Assembly (NCBI RefSeq): GCF_963921235.1
Contig: NC_086109.1
Location: 21,516,001 to 21,580,000, forward strand
Reading direction: 5' to 3'
DNA length: 64,000 nucleotides
DNA from: Mobula hypostoma
Taxonomy: Eukaryota
The notes below the pieces were generated by a model. That model saw nothing but the letters and a program-made list of their open reading frames with translations, was not told where the DNA came from and searched no databases. Made by a program: the position numbers and the translations under genes. This document shows, piece after piece, positions 1 to 13,467 of this stretch (position 1 is the stretch's first letter; each line of letters starts with the position of its first letter).

Positions 1-639
1 TAATTAACGCAAGCGACGCATTTAACTTTATGTTTCAATGTAAATAAATCTGGATCTGAATTTGAATCTAAATCTAAGTATTCTAGATTCCCTATTCCCA
101 TCCCAACCAATTCCCAACTCAACCAGGGCAAATTGTTTTTCTCAGTACTCCTTGGGATATCCTACTGCGTTAAAGATGACACATTAAAGAAAATGTTATT
201 ATAAGATGCCTAGTTCACTGGACACCATAGTCAGACTGGACGAGATGAGCCAAATGGCTGGCTTCCATGCTGTAACACACTATGCCTTGAAGAGTATTTA
301 CATGGATAGAGTTTATTTTTTTATTCCAGTGTAGACAAATGATGGACTTCTTCCTTTGGCAATTGTTTTGCTTGCTTTGTCCATGCAACTGGCCTCTAAC
401 TCTGCTATCGGTTGTGGAACAAGCCTTCTAGATTTGAGAAGTGGATTACAGATGTGATACTAGACTAGTAAACAGATTCCAGAGCAAGATCCAGTTAGGA
501 TTTGTTTAGCATTTCCACAAACAAATAGGAAGATCTTTCTCATCTCTGATGAAAATAGAGCAGACAGGTCACCAAAGACCCTTGGCTGGAACCCATAAAT
601 GAGCCAGGAGCCAGGGCAACCTAAAAATCCACTGGAAAC

Positions 640-1525
640 CGAAAGCGAAATAGCTACAGATGCTAGAATTCTGAAATAAAAACAGAAGGTGCTGGAAATA
701 ATCAACAGTTTGGACTGTATTCATGGGAAGAGAAACAGAGTAGCATTTCAGGTCAAAGACAATGCTACACACAGCCTTTCACTTCTTTCCTTCCCACCGT
801 CCAGGGATCCAAACAAACCTTGCAGCGAAACGGAGTAATTGGCACTTCTTCAAATCTACTGCATTGTATCGGATGTTCATAATGTGGTGTCCTCTGCCCA
901 ACGCAGATTGGCTGATTGCTTTGCAGAACATTTGTGTTCATTCTGCAAGGGTGACCCTGACCTTCCTGTAGCTTGCCGCTTTAATTTCCCATCCCATTCC
1001 CACACTTGTCCCTGTCCATCTGTGGCCTCATGTACAGTTACAATTAGGCCCAATGAAAGCATAAGGAACAGTACTTCTTCTTCCTTCTGGGCATGTTACA
1101 ACCTGCTGGACTCAAAACTGAACTCCACAGTTTCTGGGATCTTAACTCCTGTGTGTATCAGTTGTCCATCATAGTTTGGTTTTGTTTTTGCCATTTTTTT
1201 CATCTCGGAGTGGAAAACATGATGAGCCTGACCAGATGGTCATATCTTCTTGGTCTTCATACATCGTTTTATCTGCGTCCTCACTCTCTAACTGCTCCTG
1301 TTCACTCAGTGACCAGGTAAGCTTATCCCATGTTCACCCAGTCTTACCATTATCAGAGACGTTGCAGCCCCACCCCCCACATGCACACTCCCTGCATCTT
1401 AAAGAAGCTTCTATTGTCTCCCTTCCTCTTCTGACAAAGGATCTCCTACTTGAAATGTCACTCTATTTCACCTCCCATAGATGTGGCCTGACTTGATGAG
1501 TATTTCCATCACTTCCTCTTTTCAT
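640..1525 (+). mobile_element. Decayed Penelope-like element remnant: inverted pLTR, GIY-YIG endonuclease fragment, pLTR
   Basis: ORF 839..1174 contains RRLADCFAEHLCSFCKGDPDLPVACRFNFPSHSH, which aligns by eye to RRRLGDCFIEHLHSVRHNRQDLPVATHFNSASHSH of the Penelope EN at 45005..45331. pLTR-like sequence lies inverted at about 645-760 and direct at about 1430-1520. Confidence 0.75.
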
Positions 1526-1619
1526 AAGTCCAGCCACTTTGGAAAGGTTTACCATTTGCACGCTGAGATCTTCAAATCATAGTTATAAAGCAATACAGCA
1601 CAGAAAAAGTCCCTCAGCC

Positions 1620-2442
1620 AAGACCCGTGTGGATGATTATGTGCCTTCGAGAACATACCAGACATACCCAAACCAAAAGCCGTGGATGAACCAAGGAGGG
1701 TGGTCGCTGAGGGCTAGCTCTCTGACGTTCAAGACAGGCGATTCAGAACTATACCAGAAGTCCAGGTACAAGCTATAAAAGGCTATTTCAAGAGCAAAAA
1801 AAAAAGAGATGGAATCTGTTGCATGTCATTCTGGCAGGGTTTGCAGGCCATTGCTTCCTAGCATCATGAATGCTATGATGCCTCACTCCCAGATGAGCTC
1901 AATGCTTTTTAAGCATGCTTTAAAAGGGAGCATAAAACTACACCTGTGTGAATCTCTGCAGCATCTGATGAACCTGTGACCTCTCTCTACAGGTGTACTG
2001 TGGAGAGCATTCTAACTGGTTACGTCACTGCTTGGTATGAAGAAGCCACTGCACAGGGTTGGAAAAAGCTGCAGAAAGTTGTAAACTCGGCCTCCTCCAT
2101 CACAGGCACTCGCCCCTCCCAGCATCGAGGACACCTTCAGAAAGGCGGCATCTGTCGTTAAGGACTCCCAACACCCACGACATGCCCTCTTGTCATTGTT
2201 ACCGTCGAGGAGGGACAGGAACCTGAAGACACACACTCAACATTTCAGGAACAGCTTCTTCCCCTCAGCCATCAGAATTCTTAATGGACAATATACCCAA
2301 GAACACTACCTCACTAATTTTTGCTCTCTTTTTGCACTACCTATTTAATTTAATATTTTATTTTTTTTTGTAATTTATACTTTTTATTATGTATTGCAAC
2401 GTACTATGACATATGCCAATGATATTAAAGCTCATTCTGATG
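1620..2442 (+). mobile_element. Rex1/Babar-type LINE fragment (internally deleted ORF2 remnants and 3' end)
   Basis: Peptides YPNQKPWMN (ORF 1539..1778) and LYRCTVESILTGYVTAWY...LQKVVNSASSITG (ORF 1976..2161) are typical of Rex1/Babar ORF2. An AT-rich 3' tail ends attaaagctcattctga. Confidence 0.7.
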
Positions 2443-3699
2443 CCCATTTAAGAATCTCCCATCTCCCTATGTTTATGCATATCTATCTAAATCTTTGCTA
2501 GACATACACCAGCCCAAATGTCTTGCTTCATTGTTCTGCCAAATCACTGACTGAATTTGTCCCATTTCCTTTCGTGCGGGCAAAATTTTAGACGGCTTTC
2601 AAAATACAGGTACAAGCCACAATCCTGGCTTGTGAAATAAATTCAATCCAGTTAAAACAATAGCAATAAGGGCCTACAATGTTGTTAAATTCCAACTGCT
2701 TTACTGTTATCCTTATGGATATTTTTTTACCTCTCTCGTTTATTTCTATTGACTTCAATGAGTGACATATGGAAGGCTGCCGAACTGCTATTAATACTTT
2801 TAAGCTGTCACACAAAGTCAAGATCTGCTCTCTGAAGTTGCCTAGCAAGCCATTGTTGTCAGGGAAACCCAGGATGGGCAATAAATATGTCAGTAATGAC
2901 CGCATCCTGAGGTATGAATGAATAAGTAACACTCTTTGGATTAGCCCTGCACACTGTAGAAGAAGTGAATCCACTTACTTTTGTCTCATGGAATTTCTTA
3001 CTTGACTCGAAAAGCATTAAAGAATGTAATTTTATTTACTTTTCATTGACCTGGAGGGTCCATTAGTACTTGAATATTAAGCATTGCAATTGAGTAGAAT
3101 GGAAGTCCCATTGATTCTTTGCCTTTATGCACCAGCATTAACTGCACTTGGTTTCAGATTCTTCTGAAGATTAATGATGCATAGACATCAAATATCATGG
3201 TTATCGTATGAAAATAAGAGTTGTGGATGCAAGCTGATCTGGAGGATGGATGGCAGTGAGCTCTGCTTTACCGGAAAGAAAACCACTGAGTGGTTCTTGT
3301 GTGTGTGAAGGGTAAGAGGATTCCTGGTCTTCATTGCTATCCAGTCCTTTCTGCTGAATATATTTGCATGTGGGAACTGGGCCAAGAACCAGTCTGGAAT
3401 CTTTAGAAACAGGAGGAGTCCAGTGGGTAGGAGCAGCTTAGGAACTTGTTCTGGTCCTCAGTCAAATCATAGCTAAACAGTGACACACGGGGCTGCAGAT
3501 GCTGTCTGGAGCTCAGTAAAATGGGCATCAGTGGGAGGGGAGGAATTGTTGACATCTTGGGTTTGAATTTGTTCCTGCCCTCAGACTCATCTTGACCTGC
3601 TGAGTCTCCCCCAGTAAATTCTTTGCTGAATCGCTGATTTTCACCCACCTGCTTTGGCTCTATGCCTTTAAGGTAAATTGTTCCATGTATTAAGTTTGC

Positions 3700-3940
3700 T
3701 GAAATGAGCAGACGTAATGTTAAGGTGATTGGAGGAAAGTATAGGGGAGATGACAAAAATAAGTTTTATACAGAGAAAGTTGGGGAGGGGGTGTGGAAAA
3801 TCCTGTCAGGAGTGGTAATAAAGGCAGTGACATTAGGGACATTTAAGAATGTCTTATATAGGAACATGGAAGATAGTAAAATGAAGGGTTTTGCAGGCAG
3901 GAAGGGTTATATTTAATGTAGACTAGATAATAAAGTAAAT
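3700..3940 (+). mobile_element. CR1 LINE 3' fragment (old)
   Basis: ORF 3704..3916 (KVIGGKYRGD..FYTEKV..VWKILSGVV..TLGTFK) resembles the CR1 ORF2 C-terminus at 32336..32683. Confidence 0.65.
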
Positions 3941-4342
3941 ATCTAATCAGGCAATCATGTGGCAGCTTGCAGATCTGGTCAAGAGGTTCAGTTGTTGTTC
4001 AGACCAAACATCAAAATGAGGAAGAAATGTGATCAAAGTGAATGTGAACTGATTGTTGGTCCCAGGTGAGCGGGCTGCTACTTTCACACACATCAGGTGC
4101 GAAAAAAGTCCAGTGAGTGTAGGTGCAAATGCCTTGTTAATGAGAGTCATCGGGGGGTGGGGGGGAAGGCCAGACTGGTTCAAACTGACAGGAAGGTGAG
4201 AGTAACTTGAATAACCATGCATTATAACGGTGGTGTGCAGAAGAGCATCTCTGAACACACAACACATTGAACCTTGGAGTGGATAGGCTACAGCAGCAGA
4301 AGATCATGAAGATGCACTCAGTGGCCACTTTATTCGGTACAT
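3940..4342 (+). mobile_element. Non-autonomous Tc1-family element (transposase N-terminal remnant), copy 1
   Basis: Ends in cactcagtggccactttattcggtac; the body is the reverse complement of the copies at 13468, 16664, 42022 and 57388. Confidence 0.7.
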
Positions 4343-4897
4343 GACTGTAGTGTTTTATGGACATTCTATGAAATCCCAGAAGTTACTGTACATTGAAACC
4401 TAAGCATTTCCTCCATTATTAAAAGGTCAATATGTGACTCACTGCAATTACTAGTACTCTTGCTTCCTTGATGTTCCTCTTATGCTCAGGACATGGGAAA
4501 AAGAAAAAGACATTCAGCCCCTTGAGGCTCCTCTATCATTGAATTAGATCCTGGCTGAACGTATCTCAACTCCATCGATCTGTTTCCATTCCATTACCAT
4601 TAAAAACCTTGTCTGACAAAAATCTATCAACCTCTGATTTCACATTTTCGGTTGACCCACCTCTCTTGATTGCATCTTGTGTGAAAGGTTTCCAGTTTCC
4701 CAATAGAGGACATTACTGCTGAGTCAGCTAACTCACGCCGCTTCAGTTTGGGTTATGCAGGCCATAATGCTCTGAACTAATGCTTATGATGACAGTGTAG
4801 AGATGTGAGCAGCACTGACCATGCTTTGATAAGCACTGGAGGACTAAGAGTTTGGAGATTTAGTTGTTCCGTTAACTGATGAGAAACTAAAATTTTG

Positions 4898-5185
4898 CTT
4901 ATTTATTGGGATACAGTGCAGAATAGGCCCCTCTGGCCCTTTGAGCCACACCGCCTAGCAATCTCCCAATTTAAACCTACCCTCACCATGGGGCAATTTA
5001 CAATGACCAATTAACCCACTTACTGGTATGTCTTTGGTCTGCGGGAGGAAACTGGAGAGCGCGGAGGAAACCCACGTGGTCACGGACAGAACATACAAAC
5101 TCCTGTCAGGCAGCGGTGGGAATTGAACCCGGTTCACTAGTACTGTAAAGTGTTGTGCTAACCATGATGCTACCATGCCACCCCA
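4898..5185 (-). mobile_element. tRNA-derived SINE (V-SINE/HE1-like)
   Basis: Minus-strand head ggggtggcatggtagcatcatggttagcacaac with B-box ggttcaattcc; conserved body gggtttcctccgcgctctccagtttcctcccgcag; A-rich aataaataa tail; homologous to 20607-21198. Confidence 0.8.
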
Positions 5186-5669
5186 AAAGTGGGGGAATAA
5201 AGAAGATGAAAACAGGCTTAATTTTCATCCTGAAAATTTAAATTCTGTTTAAAAAATATGGAAATAAGACTTTAATACTATGCAAAGAAAAGATTAACAA
5301 TTATCATTGTCTGATAAAATAGAGTAAAGAAAAAAAGAAAGAAAGAAAAAGAGAAGGGGGCTATTTTGGCCATTGTGCTTTCCCTACTTCATAGTCCCAC
5401 TCGCCCATCTCTTTCCCAAGACTTGGTAACGGCTTCCCCTTAACTACATCCTTAGGAAAACTATTGTTCATGCCACTTTCACCACCTTTCAGAACAGTAC
5501 ATTGTAAATCATAGCAATACTTTAATAATTAATTTCTTTGGAAATTAATATCCTATTCTAGTGTTAATTGGCATGGTTTAATTTGATGGAACAAATATAT
5601 TTTTTTAAACAATGCATAATATTTGAGTGGGAAAGTGGAGTTGAAATCTAGGATCACTTCCTAGAGTCA

Positions 5670-8600
5670 TGCCCTGTTTAAGATTTCTACTGCAATGTTG
5701 TGAGATATTTTTATTTCAATAGTTTTCTTCAAATGCTTCATAGACTAGTTCTGGCTTCAGCTAAAGATAAGGAGCCATTTTGTCCAATTTAGGAATGCGT
5801 ATCAGCCAATTGGGTTTGTGTTAGTAACATGTTGTAACATTTTGCCCAGTGGGATGCTGTGGAATATTGAGAGAGCTGGGCGTGATTACATTTCTAAAGG
5901 ACGTTAATCCACTTTAGGGTCTTTTGTCAGGAGCTGTGAATTAGAGCACAGGGGAAGATGCTGACAGAATGCTACTGGAAGGAGAAACCCCATTGTAAGA
6001 AATCCTTTGTGCAGATGAGTGGTTCCAAGGAGGAAGAGCCAATACTCCTTGGTTCTTGGATCATTGGGATGCCTTCAGGGGGAGATATGACCTGTACAAA
6101 AGGGATGGGTTGCACCTGAAACTGAGAGGGACCAATATTCTTGCGGGCAGGTTTGTTAGAGCTGTTGGGAAGTGTTTAAACTAATTTGGCAGTGGTGTGG
6201 GAACCGGAGTGAAGGGACTCAGGATAGGATGGATGGAAAAAAAACAAGATGGCGTGCAGTTAGACTGTCAGGAAAGGCAGGCAGATGACAGGACAAAATT
6301 ACAACCACAGGGTATCAGTGCATTAGGGTAGCAAATACAGTACTCAAAGTGTTATATTTCAATGCACAAAGTATAAGAAATAAGGTGGATGATCTTCTTG
6401 CACTATTACAGATTATTGCTTATGATGTTGTGGCCATCACTGAATCATGGCTGAAGGATGGTTGTAGTTGGGAGCTGAATATCCAAAGTTATACGTTGTA
6501 TTGGGGAGATAGGAAGGTATGCAGAAGGAGTGGCTTGGCTCTGATGATAAAGAATGGCATCAAGTCTGTAGAAAGATGTGATATAGGATTGGAAGATGTT
6601 GAATCCTTGTGGGTTGAGTTAAGAAACTGCAAGGGTAAAAGTACCCTAATAGCAGTTATATACAGGTCACCCAACAGTAGCTGGGAGGTGGACCCACAGA
6701 TTATAATGAGATATAGAAAAGGCCTGTCAAAAGGGCAATGTTGTGATAGCCACGGGAGATTTCAACATACAGGTCGATTGGGAAAATTAGGTTGGTAGTG
6801 GGTCTCAAGAAAGTGAGTTTGTTGAATGCCCATGAGATGGCTTTTTAGAGCAGATTGTGGTTGAGCATAGTAGGGGGGGTCAGCTATACTGGATTGGGTC
6901 TTATGTAATGAACCAGAGACGATTAGGGAGCTTAAGGTAAAAGAACCCTTAGGAGACAATGATCACAATTTGATTGAGTTTTTAACTTGAAATTTGACAG
7001 AGAGAAAGTTAAGTCTGATGTACCCAAATTTCAGTGGAGTAAAGGAAATTACAGTGGTATGAGGGAGGAGTTTACCAAAGCAAATTGGAGGGAAATGTTG
7101 GCAGGGAAGACAGCAGAGCAGCAATGGCATGCTTTTCTTGGAAAAATGAGGAAGGTGCAGGATAAATGAATTCCAAAAAATTCAAATGGCAAAATAGTAC
7201 AACCGTGGCTGACAACAGAAGTCAAAGCTAATGTAAAAGCAAAAGACAGGGCATACAACAAAGCAAAAATTAGCTGGAAGACAGAGAATTGGAAAGCTTT
7301 TAAAAACCTACAGAGAGCAACTGAAAGAATCAAATGGAGGGAAATGATGAAATATGAAAGCAAACTAGCAAGCAACATCAAAGTGGATAGTAAAAGCTTT
7401 TTCCAGTATGTTAAAAAATAAAAGAGAGATGAGAGTGGATATAGGACCATTAGAAGATAAGACTGGAGAAATATTAATGTGGGACAAGGAAATGGCAGAT
7501 GCACTGTATGAGTATATTGCATCAGTGTTCACTGTGGAAGACACCAACAGAGTGCCTGATGTTGAAGGGTGTGAGCGAAGAGAAGTGAATGCAGTAACTA
7601 TTACAAGGGAGAAGTTACTCAAAAAGCTGAAAGATCTAAGGGTACATAAGTCATTCCACCATATGAAGCGCACCCTTGGTTTCTGAAAGAGGTAGCAGCA
7701 GAGATTATGGAGGTATTCGTAATGATCTTTCAAAAATCATTGGACTGTGGCATGTTTCTGGAGGACTGGAAAATTGCAAATATCACTCCACTCTTTAAGA
7801 AAGGAGGGAGACAGCAGAAAGGAAATTATAGACCAGTTAGCCTAACCTCAGTAGTTGGGAAGATGTTGGAGTCAATTGCTAAGGATGAGGTTATGGAGCA
7901 CTTGATGACACAAGACAAGATAGGATAAAGTCAGCATGGTTTCCTTAAGGGAAGATCTTTCCTGATGAACCTGTTGGAATTCTTTGAGGAGATTATAAGT
8001 AGGAGAGATAAAGGCGATGTAGTGGATGTTGTATATTTAGACTTTCAGAAGGCCTTTAATAAGGTACCACACATGAGGCTGCTTACCAAGTTAAGAGCTC
8101 ATGGTATTACAAGAAAGTTACTGGTATAGTTAGAGCATTGGCTGATTGGTAGGAGGCAGCGAGTGGGAATAAATGGTTCCTTTTCTGGTTGGCTGCTGGT
8201 CACTAGTGGTGATCCGCAGGGGCCGGTGTTGGGACCACTTCTTTTTATGTTGTATATCAATGATTTAGATGATGGAATAGATAGTTTTGTTGCCAAGTTT
8301 GCAATGATACACAGATTGGTGGAGGGCTAGGTAATGTTAAAGAAACAGGTGGGCTGCAGAAGGAGATAGATGGATTAGGAGAATGAGCAAGAAAGTGGCA
8401 AATTAAATACAATGTTGGAAAATGCATGGTCAAGCACTTTGGTAGTAGCAATAAATGTGCAGACTATTTTCTAAACAGGCAGAAAATCTAAGAACCTGAA
8501 ATGCAAAGGGACTTCAGAATCCTCATGCAGAGCACCCTAAATTTTAGTTTGCAGGTTGAGCCAGAGGTGAGGAAAGCAAATACAATGTTAGAATTAATTT

Positions 8601-9453
8601 CAAGAGGTCTGGAATAGTGAACAGTTTTGGGCTCCTCATCTAAGAAAAGATGTGCTAAGATTGGAGAGGATGCAGAGGAGGTTCACAAGAATGGTTCTGG
8701 GAATGAGAGGGTTGTCGTATAAGGAACGTTTGATAGCTCTGGGCCTGTACTCGTGGGAATTTAGAAGGATGAGGGGGGATCTCATTGAAACCTTTCGAAT
8801 ATTGAAAGGCCTAGACAGAGTAGATGTGGAAAGGATGTTTCCCATGAGGGAATCTAGGACAAGAGGGCACAGCCTCCGGATAGAGGGGTATCCATTTAAA
8901 ACACAGATGCAGAGAATTTTTTTCAGCCAGAGGGTGGTTAATTTGAGAAATTTGTTACCACAGGCATCTGTGGAGGCTAAGTTATGGCATGTACTTAAGG
9001 CAGAGATTGGAAGGTCCTTGATTGGGCATGGCATCAAAGCCTACTGGGAGAAGGCCAGGGAGTGGGGCTGAGGTGGGGAAAGAAGGATCAGCCATGACTG
9101 AATGGTGGAGCAGACTCGATGGGCCAAATGGCCTAATTCTGCTCCTATGTCTTATGGTCTATGGTCTTACTCCTGAGTTAGCCAATTCATTCGAGTTGGT
9201 CCTTGAGAGAAGTTTGAACTGTGACTGGTGTCATTCACTCAGAACATAGGTTCAGTGCGTGAGTAAAGCACCTGACTACTCCAGAAATGAGCTCCAACAT
9301 TTATGTGCACATTTGCACTGGTTTAACTGTAATGGGCCCTTTTATTTTTCTTTTCTTTTTCTTTTAATTGTTGGTTAAAGTTGAAATAATGGTAAATATA
9401 TACAATCTGTTATTTTTCTGGCGAACAATAACTTTTCATGGGGCGTTCACTAC
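5670..9453. mobile_element. Old solo LTR split by the CR1 insertion (parts about 5670-6049 and 9168-9453)
   Basis: 5675-5815 resembles the reverse complement of 28240-28390, and 9280-9360 (gagctccaacatttatgtgcacatttg...aatgggccctttt) resembles the reverse complement of 27870-27945. It is therefore the same family as the LTR-like unit at 27096-28395. Confidence 0.55.
6050..9167 (+). mobile_element. CR1-clade LINE, 5'-truncated within ORF1; ORF2 (APE endonuclease and RT) broken by stops and frameshifts
   Basis: ORF1 end DLYKRDGLHL..GTNILAGRF (esterase type). ORF2 pieces: YFNAQSIRNK, VAITESWL, VIYRSPN, WKIANITPLFKKG..GNYRPVSLTSVVGK, LERMQRRFTRM..RRMRGDLIETFRI. The 3' end is a (tatggtc)n repeat. 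A 7-bp TSD tactcct lies at 6043-6049 and 9168-9174. Confidence 0.92.
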
Positions 9454-9457
9454 AATT

Positions 9458-11847
9458 TGGTGGGGGGGGGGGCGGGTGAGGTCTGGGCCTGACGTCCCGC
9501 TCACCCAGGGAAAGTGTACGCGCAATACAAGTTTTTTGGGAACACCTAAAAACCACCATCCTACAAACTTCTGAAGAAGTCCTAGGGTTTTCGGCAAAGA
9601 AGAACAAGGACTGGTTCGATGAAAACAACCAGGAGATCCAAGAATTGCTGGCGAAGAAGAGATCCACCCACCAGGCACACCTTGCTCAGTCGTCTTGTCC
9701 TGATAAGAAAGCAGCCTTCTGCCTTGTATGCAGCAACCTCCAGTGCAAGTTTCGAGAGATTCAGAATGTGTGGTGGACCAACGTCGCAAAGAGAACTCAG
9801 TTTTGTGCAGACACCGGTGACTACAGAGGATTTTATGAAGCACTGAGAGCGGTGTACGACCCTTCGCACCAGGTCCAGAGCCCCTTGCGCAGTGCAGATG
9901 GTCAGGCGCTCTTCACAGACAAGGCGTCCATCCTGAACTGGTGGTTGGAACATTTCTAGACTCTCTTCAGCACCAACCACATGGTCCAAGTCTCAGCAAT
10001 TCATCGCATCCCACAACAGCCAGAGAAAATAGAACTGGACAAGATTCCAACCCTAGAAGAGACAGTCAAGGCCATAAAGCAGCTGAAAAGTGGCAAGGTA
10101 GCAGGAGTTGATGGAATCCCAGCTGAGATTTGGAAGCATGGGGGCCCAGCGTTACACACCAAACTCCATGAGCTCTTTGTCTGCTGCTGGGAACAAGGTA
10201 AACGACCACAGGACCTCTGTGATGCAGTCATCATCGCCCTGTATAAGAACAAGGGGGAAAAGTCCGACTTCTCCAACTACCGGGGGATAACCCTTCTCTC
10301 TATCACAGGAAAAATCCTCGCAAGAGTACTCCTGAACAGATTGGTGCCCATCATTGCAGAAGAACACCTCCCAGAGAGCCAGTGTGGCTTCAGAGCCAAC
10401 TGGAGCACCACCGACATGTATTTGTTCTCACGCAGCTCCAAGAGAAATGGAGGGAACAGAACAAGGGATTGTACGTGACGTTTGTTGACCTTACCAAAGC
10501 GTTCAACACCGTGAGCAGGGAAAGTCTGTGGCAAATCATGGAACGACTGGGATGCCCCCCAAAGTTCCTCAGCATGGTCATCCAGCTACATGAGGATCAG
10601 AGTGGCCAAGTCAAACACAACAACGACCTCTCAGAACCCTTCCCAATAGGCAACGGACTAAAGCAAGGCTGCGTCCTCGCGTCGACTCTCTTCACCAACT
10701 TCTTCAGCATGATGCTCGAAAGGGCCACAGAAGACCTTGATGATGAGGACGGTGTCTACATCCGATACCACACCGATAACAGCCTGTTCAACCTGAGGCA
10801 GTTACAGTCCCACACCAAGACACTGGAGCAACTCATCCCAGAGCTACCCTTCGCCGACCATGCTGCCCCTGTTGCCCACACAGAGACAGCCCTGCGGCGT
10901 ATAACATCCTGCTTCGCAGAGGCTGCCAAGCTCTTCGGACTGGAAGTCAGCTTGAAGAAGACGGAAGTTCTCCATCAGCCCACACCTCAGGAAGATTACC
11001 ACCCTCCCCGCATCACCATTGGTGAGGTAGAGCTGAAGGCAGTCCACCAGTTCAGCTACCTGGGGTGCACCATCTCGTCAGCTGCCAAGATCAACAAAGA
11101 GATTGACAACAGACTAGCAAAGGCAAACAGCGCATTCAGCAGATTTTACAAAAGAGTCTGGAACAACAAGCATTTGAAGAAAGGCACAAAGATCAGCGTG
11201 TACAGAGCCGTTGTACTGACCACCCTGCTGTACGGCTCCGAGTCGTGGGTCCCCTACCGTCACCACCTACAACTCCTTGAGCATTTCCATCAGCACTGCC
11301 TCCACACCATCCTCAACATCCACTGGAGTGACTTTGTCACCAACATCGAAGTCCTCGAACAGGCGGAGATCACCAGCATCGAGGCCATGCTGCTGAAGAC
11401 ACAGTTGCTCTGGGCAAGGCACGTCTCCAGGATGGAGGATCATCGCCTGCCCAAGATTGTGCTGTATGGCGAAGTTTCCACTGGCCACCGTGACAGAGGG
11501 GCACGGAAGAAGAGGTACAAGGACTCTCTGAAGAAATCCCTTGGTGCCTGTCACATTGACCATTGCCAGTAGTCTAATCTATCCTCTGATCGCGAGGCCT
11601 GGCAACGCACCATTCATCAGTCTGTCTCTTCCTTTGAGAACACACGCAGGGCTGGCATTGAGGACAGAAGAAGGAGGAAGAACCGTGACACAGCAGCACC
11701 AAACCCAGAACAGAATTTCCCTTGCAGCCTCTGTGGCCGGACCTGCCTGTCCCGTACTGGCCTCGTCAGCCACCAGCAAGCCTGCAGCAGACGTGGGCAG
11801 CCCCCTTCCTAAATCTTCGTTTGTGAAGCCAAGCCATGATGATGATG
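9458..11847 (+). mobile_element. RTE-clade LINE with 5' leader joined to mid-ORF (endonuclease domain missing)
   Basis: KNKDWFDEN, NYRGITLLSITGKILAR, LPESQCGFR, FVDLTKAFNTV, GLKQGCVLA, FSYLG, WARHVSRMEDHRLPK; C-terminal C2H2-like motif; (gat)n tail; TSD actacaatt at 9449-9457 and 11848-11856. Confidence 0.92.
10382..11572 (+). pseudogene. RTE reverse transcriptase ORF fragment (396 aa), catalytic motif mutated (FADH for FADD)
   Basis: RT motifs FVDLTKAF, QGCVLA, LPFADHAA, FSYLG; frameshifted relative to upstream ORF 9981..10478. Confidence 0.85.
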
Positions 11848-12852
11848 ACTACAATTCACATCCCTCCCTGGAATATTCCAACTTCCCTGTTTGGTTGAAC
11901 CCAAGTCATACCAACGCTAGACTTGTATTGCCTATGGAAGGCAGCCTTCTCACTGCCGAGTCATGTGGCCATTAGCAGAGTTAACTAACAAGCCAAGTTT
12001 TTAATATGAATCCTGGTGAGAGGGTTACTCTTGTCTCATATCTCTAATGGCAATGGGAGGTTAAATCCAGGATGCTGAATTTATAAAGTCCAAGGCCGAA
12101 TCTTTTTTATTCTGTCTGATATTTATGTTGAGAGCATTTCCTGTCTCTCTCATGCATATACAGTATTGAAAAAGTTGAACAATCCTACAATGGATTCGCC
12201 ATAATAATGAGGCAGCTGTGCTGAGAAGCAAAATTAAAAGGAGCCTGGGGCTGTGAATCTGATCACTGGTTCATAGACAAGGACACTGAAGAATGATATT
12301 CCCATAAAATGCTTAATAAACTTTGTGTATTGTACAACTGACCTGACACTATCATAGCTCATCATGAATCTCGTGAACTACAAGATATGAACTGTCTCAT
12401 AATTTTAAGTGAATGTTTACGAGCAGGAGTGTAACTTCTTTATTAAAAAAAATGTTTTTGACAAGTGGCGTCTTGGATGGATTAACATCCATTCAGTTTA
12501 CCTATCTTAACCTCATCATTTTAAACTTGCAGCAAGGTCTGTGCTAGAGGAATCAAGAGAAACAGAAACCTTAACCCCATTTAACACTTGATTGCCCCCT
12601 TATTGTTTCTGAGCACCAAAAATCCTCAACAATTCCACCTAATCAGCAGCTTACACCACACAGACTAGAATTCAATGCCTAAACTTCTCAGTTTTGAACT
12701 CCCTCTGACTCCCTGCAGAATGCTCAGTGAAGCCTCACTTATTGACTAATAGATTGGTCATCAGTTCCGTTATACTCTTATCTGGCTTAGGGTTCAATAT
12801 ACTGTGAAGATTCTCACCTATGGAGTCTGAGCAAGTCATATTATCCTGACGG

Positions 12853-13037
12853 TAACACACACAAAATGCTGGAGGAACTCAGCGTGGCGGGCAGCATCTA
12901 TGGAAAGGAATAAAAAGTCAATAGTTCAGGCCGAGACCCTTCAGCAGGACTGACCTGCTGAGATCCTCCAGCATCTTTGTGTGTGTGTGTGTGTGTTACT
13001 CTGGATCTCCAGCATCCGCAGAAACTCTTGTGTTTGT
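12853..13037. repeat. Penelope pLTR-derived short palindromic element with decayed hammerhead motif
   Basis: acacacaaaatgctggaggaactcagc...gctgagatcctccagcatctttgtgtgt forms an inverted repeat. Minus strand about 12917-12952 reads cagtc-ctgctga-agggtctcggcct-gaac, homologous to 45538-45574. Confidence 0.7.
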
Positions 13038-13467
13038 GATGCGAGTGCAACATTAATATAAGCTGCTTGTAGTGTCTGTCCCAATAAAGGAACAATGCAG
13101 AGGTAGAAGTCTCATGCTTAATTCTGCTTATAAAAGTGCAGTTGGTTTTGATGATAGCTTATTCAAGCTCTTCCATCAGATTCATCATTACTATTTTTAA
13201 GGAAGCTAATAGCTTCTGAGAATAGCAACAATAAAAATTTGGACTATTAAATGTCTGCAAAAGCATTGTCAAAAGCAATATCTGTCCTAAACATTTTGCT
13301 CTGCTGTTTGTGATTTACATGCATTCCACTTTCTGGTTTGTGTTCTCAACCTAGCAAATAAATTGGTTCTTCTGCCTTGGGGAGCTGAGTAATGTTATTC
13401 TACAAATTCAGCAAGACAAGGCTGTGTACGGTAGTGGATTTGGAATGGAGAATCAGCAGTCCACTTA

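Noticed and set aside
2588..2974. 128-aa ORF (and similar ORFs at 50201..50683 and 54140..54628) as host genes
   Set aside because: No recognisable domain, non-ATG starts or overlap with repeats; lengths are compatible with chance.
4955..5185. tRNA-like sequences here and at about 20607, 33800 and 50450 as tRNA genes
   Set aside because: No complete cloverleaf or acceptor stem; each runs into a SINE body and tail.
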